Source: an uncultured Pseudomonadales bacterium
GTDB taxonomy: Bacteria > Patescibacteriota > Microgenomatia > UBA1400 > UBA1396
Assembly (NCBI GenBank): GCA_964447905.1
Contig: CAYUUK010000002.1
Location: forward strand, 21,176 to 85,175
Length of the DNA: 64,000 nucleotides
Direction of reading: 5' to 3'
The stretch's first letter is position 1, and every line of letters begins with the position of its first letter. The translations under genes were made by a program, and so were the position numbers. Of this stretch, positions 46,265 to 56,556 are shown in pieces. The notes under the pieces were generated by a model. It was given only the letters and a program-made list of their open reading frames with translations. It ran no database searches and was not told the DNA's origin.

Positions 46265-48133
46265 TTACTGAGTTGTCGCGGGAGCGGGGGCAGGGATAGC
46301 ATAGCGAGAAAGCACTTGTTGTACACCTGGTGCTATCTGCTGCAGAGCACGCTCTACGTTTCCACTCCCAGTATTGGAAGCATTTATGGCATCAGTGTAG
46401 TACTGAATCATTTGATCATTGAGACCCTCATCATGCGTCATAGAAGCCATGAACCAAGATCGAGCATACAGCGCATCTTCAAGGTATGGCTGGATGAGCG
46501 GATTCGTTGTCAGTGCTTCTGCCATCTCCACACGTGGATAGAGTTCTCCAAATGCCCGATAGGCAGCTCCAGCGTCATGGAAATCACGTAGCTGTTCTTC
46601 TTCTGCTAAGTATGCTAAAAATTTCCAAGCTTCCTGCTTATTGCGCGAGGCTTCACTCACACCTTCCACCCAGTAAGTTCCCCAGGTAACAGTTGTTCCA
46701 CCAAGCTGTGGAGTTCGCACCGCACCAATACTAAGATTCGGATTGGCTCTCTGAATCTCGAAAATCCTCCAGGAAGGAGCAAATATCATGGCCACCTGCT
46801 CATTGGCGAAAGCTGAAACCGAGTTCGGGAAGGTGTCATCCCACACACCGTCCTGTGCAGAAAATACGGTGTAGAAAGAAACCGCATCCCGCACATTATC
46901 ACTCGTTGGGTCTGCTGGGTTTGCTGAGTTTTGCAGCATCATCAAACCAAGAATGTCCGAAAAATGATCGACATTCTCTGCTGTGCCTAAAGCAATACCG
47001 GCTCGTTGAATACGATCTCCATCACGGATAGTGAGTTGAGAAGCGGCTGATCGTACTTGATTCCAATCTTGAGGTGGCTGCACCCCCGCTGACTGGAACA
47101 TGTTCTGGTTGTACAGCAACACAAGGCCTTCATACATAAGTGGAACACCATATACCGAGTCATTTATAACCAGGTCACGCTCCATAATTGGGTAGAAATT
47201 CTGTGAAATGTACTCGCCAGTTATCACAGAGTTTGGAGCGGGGGCAAGATCGTCGCGAACCATAGGCATCCAGGTGTTGTGATAGCGGAAAATATCTGGA
47301 CCAGAACCATCACGGATAGCGGTCTGCACTCGCTGGCGATACTGATCGCTGCGCTGTTGTACATAATTAATAGTTATTCCAGGATTTTCTGCTTCGTACG
47401 CATCGATAAGTGGCTGCATCACTTCTTCTGGTTCCCACAACCCCCAATAGGTGAGGGTGGTAGTACGCGTATTGGCTGGTGCCGTTGAAGAATCAGTTAC
47501 CACTGAAGTAGGCTGTGGAGCAAGAAACTGCGTGTACGCAAATACTCCACCGGCAATCAAAAGTACGACCAGCGCCCCAATTCCACCAAATAAAAACAAA
47601 CGGTTTTGACGCAAACTGTCTAAGAAACCACCGGTTCGAGCCGCCTTCATTTGCGGAGGAGTGTTTCCACCGCCATCTGATCCTCCTGCGGCAGCAGCAG
47701 GAGCTGATGAGAAGCCGATATTCTCTTGCGGTACATCATTAGAAACAGCGCCTGCTGGCGCAGTAGCGCCGGCATCAGAAGGTGGCATTGGAGACTGACT
47801 CGCATTTTGCGGCGCACTCATATCCTGAAAAGGAGCAGCACTGACAGACTGCAAATTCTGCAGCAAGCGGCTCGAAACTTCTGGTTGAGCTGCTGTTGGT
47901 GAAGGTGTCGAAGAGCTCGCAACTGGTTGCGCTGCAGGCATAGGTGTGGGTGATAAGGGCGGGGCAGGTGGTGCAGCTGGCGCTGGAACAGTTGCTGGAC
48001 TCGCGGCATTGGGCTGACTCTGGGGAGAGATGGGCCCAGCGCTAGGTTCGACAGAAGTCGAAGGCGCTTGAGAAGGAAGCGGTGTTTGATCACTCGGAAG
48101 TGAGGGTTGTGGTAGGTTTTGCGCGTCAGCCAT
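46265..48133 (-). CDS. ABC transporter extracellular solute-binding protein (family 1, sugar-type) with a long Pro/Ala/Ser-rich N-terminal linker and a TM anchor
   Basis: About 190 aa of PAS-rich low complexity, a TM (LFLFGGIGALVVLLIAGGVFAY), then an SBP_bac_1-like domain (TYWGLWEPEE...DIFRYHNTWMP...). Confidence 0.65.
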   Translation of the reverse strand: MADAQNLPQPSLPSDQTPLPSQAPSTSVEPSAGPISPQSQPNAASPATVPAPAAPPAPPLSPTPMPAAQPVASSSTPSPTAAQPEVSSRLLQNLQSVSAAPFQDMSAPQNASQSPMPPSDAGATAPAGAVSNDVPQENIGFSSAPAAAAGGSDGGGNTPPQMKAARTGGFLDSLRQNRLFLFGGIGALVVLLIAGGVFAYTQFLAPQPTSVVTDSSTAPANTRTTTLTYWGLWEPEEVMQPLIDAYEAENPGITINYVQQRSDQYRQRVQTAIRDGSGPDIFRYHNTWMPMVRDDLAPAPNSVITGEYISQNFYPIMERDLVINDSVYGVPLMYEGLVLLYNQNMFQSAGVQPPQDWNQVRSAASQLTIRDGDRIQRAGIALGTAENVDHFSDILGLMMLQNSANPADPTSDNVRDAVSFYTVFSAQDGVWDDTFPNSVSAFANEQVAMIFAPSWRIFEIQRANPNLSIGAVRTPQLGGTTVTWGTYWVEGVSEASRNKQEAWKFLAYLAEEEQLRDFHDAGAAYRAFGELYPRVEMAEALTTNPLIQPYLEDALYARSWFMASMTHDEGLNDQMIQYYTDAINASNTGSGNVERALQQIAPGVQQVLSRYAIPAPAPATTQ

Positions 48134-48191
48134 AAAAGAGCAGGTATTTTTATTACTCAGTTCAGTATAATGTGAGAACGAAGAACAAACA

Positions 48192-49118
48192 ATGGAAACT
48201 CATATTTTGCACATCCAAAATGCCAAAGAAAATTCATTTAAAAAGCGGATAGGTCAACTTTTTAAGAAATTTTCATCTCAAAAAAACACCTTCCTCTTCT
48301 TGAGTGGAGGAGGTGTTGTAGGCGCGATTCTCCTAGCCGCTCTCGGATTAACTGGCTGGGTGTGGTTACAAGGAGAGCAGCATATATTGCCGAATGTCAG
48401 TATTGAGAACACTGCAGTGGGAGGACTTTCACCAGCAGAAGCTCAATCAAAGCTCTCAGAAAATGTTTCTCTGCCAGAATATGAAGTTCGAGTACTTGAT
48501 TCAGATGAAACGTACGCGACACCTTCTTCCTCGCTGGGGCTGCGAGCAGAAACAGAAACCGCCCTGCAAGCAGCAAAAGATATTGGACATGCCGGCAGTA
48601 TTTGGAAACAGTTCACCACTCGCTGGCAGCATGTCATGGGATCCGCTTCTACTACAGTTCCCCTGCTGTACTCTTACGAACCAAATGCTCTTAATGAATG
48701 GACTACGTATCTCGAAAAAGAAATGTTCATTCCTGGTGAGCATCCGCAAGCCGTGTGGCTCGGCAGCACCTACCGTATCGACAGTGGTGAACTGGGTCAA
48801 AAACTTGAAACCAAGGTCCTCATTGAGTCACTACAAAGCACAGCTGGTCAACCTACAGAAGTATTTGCCCCCATCGAGGCCACCCACACACCGCTGAGTG
48901 CCGACGCTCGTATCTTCGCTGAACAGAGAATAGAAGCAGTACGATCTCTTTCTCTCACCCTCTCCGTAGCCGAAAATGAACCAACACGCCCCGTTGCACC
49001 AGAAGATTTTTTTTCCCTGGCTGAAGCTCCCAGATGGCTACTGGACGGCCACCATGTCCTCAGATCTGAGAGAAATAACCGCCGACTGGAATCGCGACCC
49101 ACAAAACGCCGTTTTTGA
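48192..49118 (+). CDS. VanW-like protein, N-terminal part (TM plus PG-binding-like region); frame broken at 49003..49013
   Basis: N-terminal TM (FLFLSGGGVVGAILLAALGL). The frame is contiguous with the next ORF apart from a +1/-1 shift at a T7 run. Confidence 0.5.
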   Translation: METHILHIQNAKENSFKKRIGQLFKKFSSQKNTFLFLSGGGVVGAILLAALGLTGWVWLQGEQHILPNVSIENTAVGGLSPAEAQSKLSENVSLPEYEVRVLDSDETYATPSSSLGLRAETETALQAAKDIGHAGSIWKQFTTRWQHVMGSASTTVPLLYSYEPNALNEWTTYLEKEMFIPGEHPQAVWLGSTYRIDSGELGQKLETKVLIESLQSTAGQPTEVFAPIEATHTPLSADARIFAEQRIEAVRSLSLTLSVAENEPTRPVAPEDFFSLAEAPRWLLDGHHVLRSERNNRRLESRPTKRRF

Positions 49119-50046
49119 ACAAAACGAAGCAGGGGAGCTCACTGCATTTTCTCCTGATCTCTCTGGCAGAGAAGTCCAAATAGAACCCCTTACGCAAACC
49201 ATCATTGAAACTTTGCAGAAACTTTCTCCTCCCCAAAACAACACCCTGTCGGAAACAGAAAAAACAATCGCCGTTCCTACCAAAACCACAGAGGCTGACA
49301 TTTCTCTAGCGGAAACAAACTCACTGGGAATCAACGAAAAAATTGGTGAAGGGGTATCCACATTCTTTGGTTCAATTCCCAACCGAGTATTTAACGTAGA
49401 ACTCACGAGTACTCGCCTCCACGCCACCTTGATACAACCCGGTGAAGAGTTTTCATTCAACCGATCTATCGGCGAAGTAAGTGCTCGCACTGGGTATAAA
49501 TCAGCGTATGTTATTTCTGGTGGCAGAACCGTTCTTGGAGACGGTGGCGGGGTCTGCCAAGTAAGCACCACTATTTTCCGCGCTGCTCTTGAAGCAGGAC
49601 TCCCAATCACCCAGTGGAAACCACACAGTTACCGAGTAGGGTACTACGAACAAAACACCGAACCTGGGTTCGATGCTACTATCTACGCCCCTACAGTTGA
49701 CTTCCGTTTTAAAAACGATACCGGACACGCCATCGTGGTAGCTACTGATATAGATGTGCCAAATCGCCACCTCGTAATATCGCTGTGGGGCACGAGTGAT
49801 GGCCGGCGAAGCGAAATATCCAACTACGAGATTTGGAACCAGCGCTCGGCACCAGCTCCGTTGTATCAAGATGAACCATCTCTCTCAAAGGGTACCCTCA
49901 AACAAATTGACTGGGCTGCTCCTGGTGCAAACACTCGATTTACCTACACTGTTTTCAATGAGGATGGTTCACAAAAGAGTCAACGCGAGTTCACGAGCTA
50001 CTTCCGACCATGGCAAGCGGTATACCTTGTGGGCACCGGCACATAA
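48976..50046 (+). CDS. VanW-like protein, C-terminal part (VanW domain)
   Basis: VanW signature YVISGGRTVLGDGGGVCQVSTTIFRAALEAGLPITQW. Confidence 0.6.
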   Translation: MNQHAPLHQKIFFPWLKLPDGYWTATMSSDLREITADWNRDPQNAVFEQNEAGELTAFSPDLSGREVQIEPLTQTIIETLQKLSPPQNNTLSETEKTIAVPTKTTEADISLAETNSLGINEKIGEGVSTFFGSIPNRVFNVELTSTRLHATLIQPGEEFSFNRSIGEVSARTGYKSAYVISGGRTVLGDGGGVCQVSTTIFRAALEAGLPITQWKPHSYRVGYYEQNTEPGFDATIYAPTVDFRFKNDTGHAIVVATDIDVPNRHLVISLWGTSDGRRSEISNYEIWNQRSAPAPLYQDEPSLSKGTLKQIDWAAPGANTRFTYTVFNEDGSQKSQREFTSYFRPWQAVYLVGTGT

Positions 50047-50079
50047 GCCTGTTACAATAAAACGAAAGCTAAAAACATC

Positions 50080-51111
50080 ATGCACTTAGTACTTGGACTT
50101 CTCATTTTTTCTTTTTGTGTAACGAGTGCCTTTATTGTCCCGTTTATCGATACGCTATATCGCTTCCGCTTTCAGCGACAAAAGCAAAAAACAATCGACG
50201 CATTTGGCGAAAGAACCACGATCTTTGACACTTTCCACGCCCACAAAGCGGGAGTGCCTGTTGGTGGCGGCATGCTCATTATCCTGGTAGTTACCGGGAT
50301 TTATGCCCTCGTGTACCCAGCAATGAAGTACTTAGGCATTACCACTACCAATGTGTATCCTTGGTTGGCAGAAGTAACTATTCTCTTTTTCTCCTTTTGG
50401 TCCTTTGGACTCATCGGGCTCTACGACGATATTAAAAAGTTCTTCGGCATTAAAAAAAGTAAATTTTTTGGGCTCCGCATGCGTCACAAGCTGCTTTTGC
50501 AGATTGCCTCAGCTGGAATCACTGGCAGCATGATGTACTTTTGGTTAGGCATCAATTTCCTCCACCTGCCATTTTTAGGGCAAGTACAGCTCGGACCACT
50601 CTTTATTGCGTACGCTACTTTTGTCATAGTTGCTTTTGCCAATGCCGTCAACATCACCGATGGTCTTGATGGGTTAGCAAGCGGCGTCCTCCTGTTCTGT
50701 CTGTTTGGTCTCTGGGTGCTGTCCTCTTCGATCCTTGATACCACACTTTCCATATTTATCGCTCTGCTCATTGGAGCACTGATTGCGTTCTTGTACTTCA
50801 ATATCTATCCAGCCCGAATTTTTATGGGAGATGTAGGAGCACTCGCCTTTGGTGCGGTACTTGCGGTAATGGGATTGCTGCTCGGGAAAACAATTGCCCT
50901 GGTGATTATTGGCGGCATCTTTGTCGTTGAAATCTTCACGAGCTTAGTACAGCTCATTTCTAAAAAATACCGGCATAAAAAAGTCTTTCCAGCCGCACCG
51001 TTTCATCTTTGGCTGCAGTACATTGGTTGGGAAGAACCCAAAATAGTCATGCGAGCCTGGATGACCGGCATTATCTTGACCGCTATCGGTGTTTGGCTTG
51101 CCATGCTCTAG
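50080..51111 (+). CDS. mraY: phospho-N-acetylmuramoyl-pentapeptide transferase
   Basis: NAVNITDGLDGLASG and IFMGDVGALAFG motifs; 10 TM helices. Confidence 0.85.
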   Translation: MHLVLGLLIFSFCVTSAFIVPFIDTLYRFRFQRQKQKTIDAFGERTTIFDTFHAHKAGVPVGGGMLIILVVTGIYALVYPAMKYLGITTTNVYPWLAEVTILFFSFWSFGLIGLYDDIKKFFGIKKSKFFGLRMRHKLLLQIASAGITGSMMYFWLGINFLHLPFLGQVQLGPLFIAYATFVIVAFANAVNITDGLDGLASGVLLFCLFGLWVLSSSILDTTLSIFIALLIGALIAFLYFNIYPARIFMGDVGALAFGAVLAVMGLLLGKTIALVIIGGIFVVEIFTSLVQLISKKYRHKKVFPAAPFHLWLQYIGWEEPKIVMRAWMTGIILTAIGVWLAML

Positions 51112-51149
51112 AGCATGCAAAAGAGTCAGTTACGCAACATACCTCATAC

Positions 51150-52928
51150 CTATTTCACTGTAACGCTTTTAGCCAAGTTTCGCGGCTTATCTGGATCTAA
51201 GCCCTTTACCCGAGTCAGGTGATAGGCAAACAGCTGACCTAATACTGTTGCACCGAGTATCGAGCCTAATAACGAAGGGTGCGTTTCCCAAAACTCCTTG
51301 GAGACCGTAAATGGCTGCGCTCCAAATTGATACAGCTCTCCACCACGGGCTGTCACTTCTTGAGCACTCGAAGCAGAGACATCTTGCTCGGTCTCTTCGC
51401 CAGAAAGCAAAAGAGTGGCAAAGCCTGGCTCGATTAAAGCTAACGTACCATGCTTAAGTTCACTCGCAGCTAACCCTTCAGCATGGATGTAGGAAATTTC
51501 TTTAATTTTGAGAGCAACTTCTTGAGCAACGGCGGCAAACAACCCATTTCCCAACACATAAATACTCGACTCATCCGCCAGCCGCTTCGCGAGTGAGACC
51601 AATCTTTCCTCTTTGTGTTCTGCCGCGATCAGTTTTTCCAGCGATTGCGCTGTTCGATAGAGCAGAGTATTTACTTCCTCTGCTTTCATGTGAGAAAGTG
51701 CTGCCGCTAATCGCCATAAGTAGGCAACTTTTGCCGTGAAGGCTTTTGTTGAGGCAACGGCTCGTTCTGGTCCTGCCTGCAGTACAAGCGCCACATCAGC
51801 CATACGATACAAGCTTGAGTACGGTACGTTCACTAATGAAAGCACTTTGACCCCTTTTTTCTGTGCCATACTAACAGGTTCTACCACGTCGATTGTTTCA
51901 CCACTCTGCGACAAAACAATCACTACCGTCCGCTCATCAACATACGGCAGCATTGTTTCCGTAAACTGACTCGCTAAAACTGGTTGTACGCGCTTGTTAA
52001 GGGCAGAACTCAACAACTGTGCTCCAATAACACTCGCATGATACGCAGTGCCACAACCAGTGATCACCACTTGATGAGCATCGCGAAGCAGATCAAGCCC
52101 AGCAGAAAACTCCGACTCTTCAAGTGCAGCGAGAGTACGAATAACGCCTGGCTGTTCGGCAATTTCCTTCTGCATAAAGTTGTCGTAAGAACCTTTCCCA
52201 GCCTCTATATTTTCGGCAGGAATCTCCACTTTAGTCAATGAAAGTGTTTCATTAGTGGCAAGTGAAAAGAGCGTCGTTCTCTGCAACGACACCTCAGCTG
52301 CTTGCCCATCCTCAAGAAAAACTGCTTGCTGCGTATACGGCAAGAAAGCCAGGGCATCGGAAGCAAAAAACGTAGCATTTTCGGCAATGCCTAAAACTAG
52401 CGGCGAACCCTCTTTGGCAACGAAAAAAACACCTTCTCGTGCATCAAACAGGACAATCGCATTCAAGCCTTTTAAGCGCTGAAACATACTTCGGAAAGCA
52501 GCACGAGCGGTTGGTGCTTTTTCTCGTTCCGCATCATAGAGGTGGACAATCACTTCTGAGTCCGTATCTGAAACAAATGTATGAGAAGAGACCAGGGATG
52601 CTTTTAGCTCTCGATAATTCTCCACAATGCCGTTATGCACCACGGCCACACTGGCATCCTCATTCAAATGGGGGTGTGCATTCGCTTGCGTTACACCACC
52701 ATGCGTGGCCCAACGAGTGTGTCCAAACGCAAACTGGGTATCCAGGAGATCTGGAGAATCCTCCTCACTCGGTACCGAACCAACCTGCTTCTCAACCACT
52801 ATTTTTCCAGATACATGCTGAGCGACTCCCCAGGAATCATACCCACGATACTCAAGAGATCTCAGACCCTGCAATACTGACTTTCCATCCAGTGCTTGCT
52901 CACTTGCAAATCCAAAAACACCACACAT
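51150..52928 (-). CDS. glmS: glutamine--fructose-6-phosphate aminotransferase
   Basis: N-terminal MCGVFGF (Cys1 Ntn amidotransferase), two SIS domains, 592 aa. A GAGGAG Shine-Dalgarno 7 nt upstream. Confidence 0.9.
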   Translation of the reverse strand: MCGVFGFASEQALDGKSVLQGLRSLEYRGYDSWGVAQHVSGKIVVEKQVGSVPSEEDSPDLLDTQFAFGHTRWATHGGVTQANAHPHLNEDASVAVVHNGIVENYRELKASLVSSHTFVSDTDSEVIVHLYDAEREKAPTARAAFRSMFQRLKGLNAIVLFDAREGVFFVAKEGSPLVLGIAENATFFASDALAFLPYTQQAVFLEDGQAAEVSLQRTTLFSLATNETLSLTKVEIPAENIEAGKGSYDNFMQKEIAEQPGVIRTLAALEESEFSAGLDLLRDAHQVVITGCGTAYHASVIGAQLLSSALNKRVQPVLASQFTETMLPYVDERTVVIVLSQSGETIDVVEPVSMAQKKGVKVLSLVNVPYSSLYRMADVALVLQAGPERAVASTKAFTAKVAYLWRLAAALSHMKAEEVNTLLYRTAQSLEKLIAAEHKEERLVSLAKRLADESSIYVLGNGLFAAVAQEVALKIKEISYIHAEGLAASELKHGTLALIEPGFATLLLSGEETEQDVSASSAQEVTARGGELYQFGAQPFTVSKEFWETHPSLLGSILGATVLGQLFAYHLTRVKGLDPDKPRNLAKSVTVK

Positions 52929-53313
52929 AGTTACTCCTCAAAATATCGCTACAGCAGTAACGATACAGTTCATTTTCTTTGAAAGGTAACTTCGATCAGT
53001 GCTTTTGGTATGTTGTTACCAACATGGTTTAACACCTTCGTCTTTGTCAGATGGTTACTGCACCTGGAGGGTTTCCGCAGATACTCATGAAAGTTTCATG
53101 GTCCGATTGTCGTATACAAAACACTGTATATTGACCCCTCATCCTCGTCTCCCATTCAATGTATACTTTGCACACATTGATGTGGGCCACACGCTCTTCT
53201 TTTGCCTAATTTGCCTAGTATTGCCGTATATGGAAATCCTCCGTACTCTATTTTCATAACTATACCAAATCCCCCCGACAGAGGAAAGAAGTTGGTATAC
53301 ACTGAGTACTACT

Positions 53314-54675
53314 ATGCGTATTGACTATCGAACACTCCTGCAAGAACAGGTCCGAGGCAAAAAAATACTCGTTTTTGGACTCGGCAAACAGGGTGGTGGC
53401 ACAACGGTAGCCCGGATACTTTCAGGATGTGGAGCAGTTGTTCGAGTATCGGACCAGAAATCCGCCTATGAACTCGAACTCTCTCCTGAAGACCTTCCTC
53501 CAGAAATTGAGCTTTCACTCGGTGAACACCGTTCAGACGACATTGATTGGGCGGAAATGATCATTAAGAATCCAGGCGTACCGTTCTCTCATCCTTTGAT
53601 GCAGCAAGCGGAGCAAAAAGGCATCCCTGTTCTAACCGAGACTGCGCTCGCACTGCCACTTATTCGCGAAAACACTATTGGTATTACCGGCACGCGAGGA
53701 AAAACAACTACTACGCACCTTATTCACCACATCCTCACTTTTGCCGGCAAAGAAGCACACATTGGTGGCAACATTCCAGGAAAACCCACCCTTTCTTTGC
53801 TCACTTCAGTTGAGGAAAGTGCACTCTTTGTCCTTGAGATACCATCGTTCCACATCGAGTCACTGATGAAAGAGAAAATATCCCCTCACGTGGCGGTTGT
53901 CACCAATGTGTATCCTGACCATCTTGATCGATACAGCTCACTAGAAGCGTACGCTGCCACAAAAGCCGCTCTTTTCTCCTGGCAAAAAGACGGTGATCTT
54001 GCCTTCTGGAACGGTCCTTCAGAGTGGCTCTCACTTATGAACCAAAACATTCAAACTGGCGTAACATTTCACTCCCTGCCGAATCAGGAAGCCGGCAAAA
54101 AAGAGTACCGCTTACAGATTCCCGGCGAACATAACCAAGATAATGCTCGAGTCGCAGCGGCCGTTTGCCTAGAAATTGGTGTAGAAGACAAGGTTATTCA
54201 AGAAGCGCTCGCGACATTTACTGGTGTCCCGCATCGGCTGCAAACAGCAGCAACTATCAACGGAATTCGCTGGATAAATGACTCAAGCTCCACCACTCCA
54301 ATCGCGCTCCAAAAAGCGATCGAGTCACAAACAGAACCCTTCATTCTGATTGCTGGAGGTACTACGAAACACTTGCCATTTCCCGATGCTCTGGTGCAAC
54401 AAATAGGACAGATACGTGCAAACATTGTGTGGTTAGAAGGATCAGGAACAAGTGAGTTACTGACAGAAATACAACAAATCGACCCCACCTACACTCCGTT
54501 TACCACGCGCTCGTTGCCAGATGCAATGCGAGAGGCAAAAAAAAGAGCACAAACAAGCAACATAAACACAGTACTTTTCTCACCCGGATTTACTTCATTT
54601 GAGTTATTTGACAATGAATTTCACCGCGGGGACACCTTCCTCAATGAGGTCGCCTCATATGCAGAAAAAACTTGA
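53314..54675 (+). CDS. murD: UDP-N-acetylmuramoyl-L-alanine--D-glutamate ligase
   Basis: ILVFGLGKQGGG Rossmann N-terminus and the Mur ligase P-loop GITGTRGKTTTT. Confidence 0.85.
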   Translation: MRIDYRTLLQEQVRGKKILVFGLGKQGGGTTVARILSGCGAVVRVSDQKSAYELELSPEDLPPEIELSLGEHRSDDIDWAEMIIKNPGVPFSHPLMQQAEQKGIPVLTETALALPLIRENTIGITGTRGKTTTTHLIHHILTFAGKEAHIGGNIPGKPTLSLLTSVEESALFVLEIPSFHIESLMKEKISPHVAVVTNVYPDHLDRYSSLEAYAATKAALFSWQKDGDLAFWNGPSEWLSLMNQNIQTGVTFHSLPNQEAGKKEYRLQIPGEHNQDNARVAAAVCLEIGVEDKVIQEALATFTGVPHRLQTAATINGIRWINDSSSTTPIALQKAIESQTEPFILIAGGTTKHLPFPDALVQQIGQIRANIVWLEGSGTSELLTEIQQIDPTYTPFTTRSLPDAMREAKKRAQTSNINTVLFSPGFTSFELFDNEFHRGDTFLNEVASYAEKT

Positions 54676-54701
54676 AAAAGTGAAGTGATTACACCAGAAC
54701 T

Positions 54702-55847
54702 ATGTTTAGAAATATCTCTGCCCAGCTGAGTACTCCGAGAAACTTTTTTCTCTTTGTGTTGGCCTTTTGTGTATTTGGGTTAGTCCTTATTTATGATGCC
54801 TCTGTTGCTGAAAGCCTCAGTACATTTGGCCATCCTTGGCACTATGCCAAGTACCAAGCTATCTGGCTGGTAATCGGCTGCACTGCCTTTACCGTGGCGA
54901 GTTTCATTCCGGTAAAAGTATGGAAGGCTCTTGCCCCAGTTATCTTTATTGGCGCTATTGGTCTGCTCGTGGCGGTGCTTATTCCGGGGATCGGCACCGA
55001 AACCCTGGGTGCGCAGCGGCGTATCGTCCTTGGACCAATTAATATTCAGCCGGCGGAAATTACCAAACTCGCCTTGGTCTTGTTCTGCGCCCACTGGCTC
55101 GAAAAACACCAGCGATTCGCTCCTTTTTTACTGCTCACGAGCGTTGTTTTTCTGCTCATTATGCTACAACCCAACTTGAGCACTGCTTTTATCACCGTAG
55201 CAGTAGCAACTATCATGTACTTTCTGGCTGGAGGAAAAATTCGGCCGCTCATACTCTTTGGCACCATTGGAACAGTACTTCTGGCACTGCTTATTTTTTC
55301 AGCCGACTATCGCAGAGAGCGCCTGCTTACTTTTCTCAACCCAGCAAGTGATCCACTTGGTCGCTCTTACCATATTCGGCAAATAACCCTAGCTTTGGGA
55401 AGAGGAGGAGTCTTTGGACAGGGGATCGGACTCTCGAAACAAAAGCAACAGTACATTCCGGAAGTCAGTACGGACTCAATATTTGCCATCGCAGCCGAAG
55501 AAGCAGGCTTCATTGGCAGTTTGTTGCTCCTGGGAACCTACGGTGTGCTCCTGCGTACTGGGTACGACATTGGGCTGAAACAACTGCGTGAACAAGATAC
55601 CTTCGGCTTTTTAGTGGCGTGCGGCATAACCACGTGGATCGCGTTCCATGTAGTGTTAAATGTTGCTGCTATGGTGGCCCTGGTACCGCTTACGGGCATT
55701 CCACTTCCGCTTATCTCATATGGCGGATCCTCTTTCGTATCATTCATGATCGGCTTAGGAATTTTGCTGGCTATACTCAAACAAAATACTGATACAACAA
55801 AAAAAGGAACTAAAAACCGCGTTGCTTTACGATCGCGTAAAAGGTAA
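54702..55847 (+). CDS. ftsW: SEDS-family peptidoglycan glycosyltransferase FtsW/RodA
   Basis: 10-TM protein with conserved ...QPAEITKLALVLF... and ...PLISYGGSS... motifs. Sits downstream of murD, as in the dcw cluster. Confidence 0.8.
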   Translation: MFRNISAQLSTPRNFFLFVLAFCVFGLVLIYDASVAESLSTFGHPWHYAKYQAIWLVIGCTAFTVASFIPVKVWKALAPVIFIGAIGLLVAVLIPGIGTETLGAQRRIVLGPINIQPAEITKLALVLFCAHWLEKHQRFAPFLLLTSVVFLLIMLQPNLSTAFITVAVATIMYFLAGGKIRPLILFGTIGTVLLALLIFSADYRRERLLTFLNPASDPLGRSYHIRQITLALGRGGVFGQGIGLSKQKQQYIPEVSTDSIFAIAAEEAGFIGSLLLLGTYGVLLRTGYDIGLKQLREQDTFGFLVACGITTWIAFHVVLNVAAMVALVPLTGIPLPLISYGGSSFVSFMIGLGILLAILKQNTDTTKKGTKNRVALRSRKR

Positions 55848-55848
55848 T

Positions 55849-56526
55849 ATGAAAGCTATGTATCCCAAAAAATGGATCGCGTTAGCCTTCATACCGGTAG
55901 CACCGCTGCTTCTTTTCTTTGTACTCACACTCAGTATTTGGCGAGTACGCACGGTAACTCTGGAACCAGAAGGTGTTGCGCATGCCGCCTACATTGCTGA
56001 CGGCAGCGAAGCACTCCCTCCCAGACTAGCAACCGGCGCCCAGACCTCCATACAAGCAGGCGACGCCCGTGCCGATATAGTCGCCTCTTTTCTCGAGCGA
56101 CATAACTCTCAGCTAGAACCCTATGACTACTACGGTCGAGTGCTCGTGGAAACCGCAGACCGCTACAACCTAGACTATCGTTTATTGCCCGCAATCATGA
56201 TGCAAGAAAGTAACCTCTGTAAAGCCATTCCACCAGGATCGCATAACTGTCTCGGATTCGGTATTCATGCCCGCGGAACACTTGGCTTTGAGAATTACGA
56301 AGCCTCATTCGATCGAGCAGCACGTGAACTCAAAGAGCGCTACGTGGATATTGGGCTCACCACACCAGAGGAAATCATGACCAAGTACACGCCATCGAGC
56401 AACGGCTCTTGGGCTTTTTCAGTGAACCAATGGATAGTCGAAATGGAGTATAACGACCGAGAGTTTGCTCGACAAAATCGACAAAACAATAATTTACTTG
56501 AGTACACCAGAGAAGAGCAAGAGTAA
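55849..56526 (+). CDS. membrane-anchored lytic transglycosylase-like protein (SLT domain)
   Basis: ADRYNLDYRLLPAIMMQESNLCKAIPPGSHNCLGFGI matches SLT family-1 blocks (A..YGVDP.LL.AI..QES.F.P.A.S..GA.GLMQ) with the catalytic Glu-Ser. N-terminal TM. Confidence 0.5.
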   Translation: MKAMYPKKWIALAFIPVAPLLLFFVLTLSIWRVRTVTLEPEGVAHAAYIADGSEALPPRLATGAQTSIQAGDARADIVASFLERHNSQLEPYDYYGRVLVETADRYNLDYRLLPAIMMQESNLCKAIPPGSHNCLGFGIHARGTLGFENYEASFDRAARELKERYVDIGLTTPEEIMTKYTPSSNGSWAFSVNQWIVEMEYNDREFARQNRQNNNLLEYTREEQE

Positions 56527-56540
56527 TTTTCCCAGGCTAG

Positions 56541-56549
56541 TGATACAAT
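56541..56549 (+). promoter_or_regulatory. extended -10 TGATACAAT 7 nt upstream of the ATG at 56557; leaderless arrangement
   Basis: TGnTACAAT read directly from the sequence. Confidence 0.45.
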
Positions 56550-56556
56550 AGGTCCC

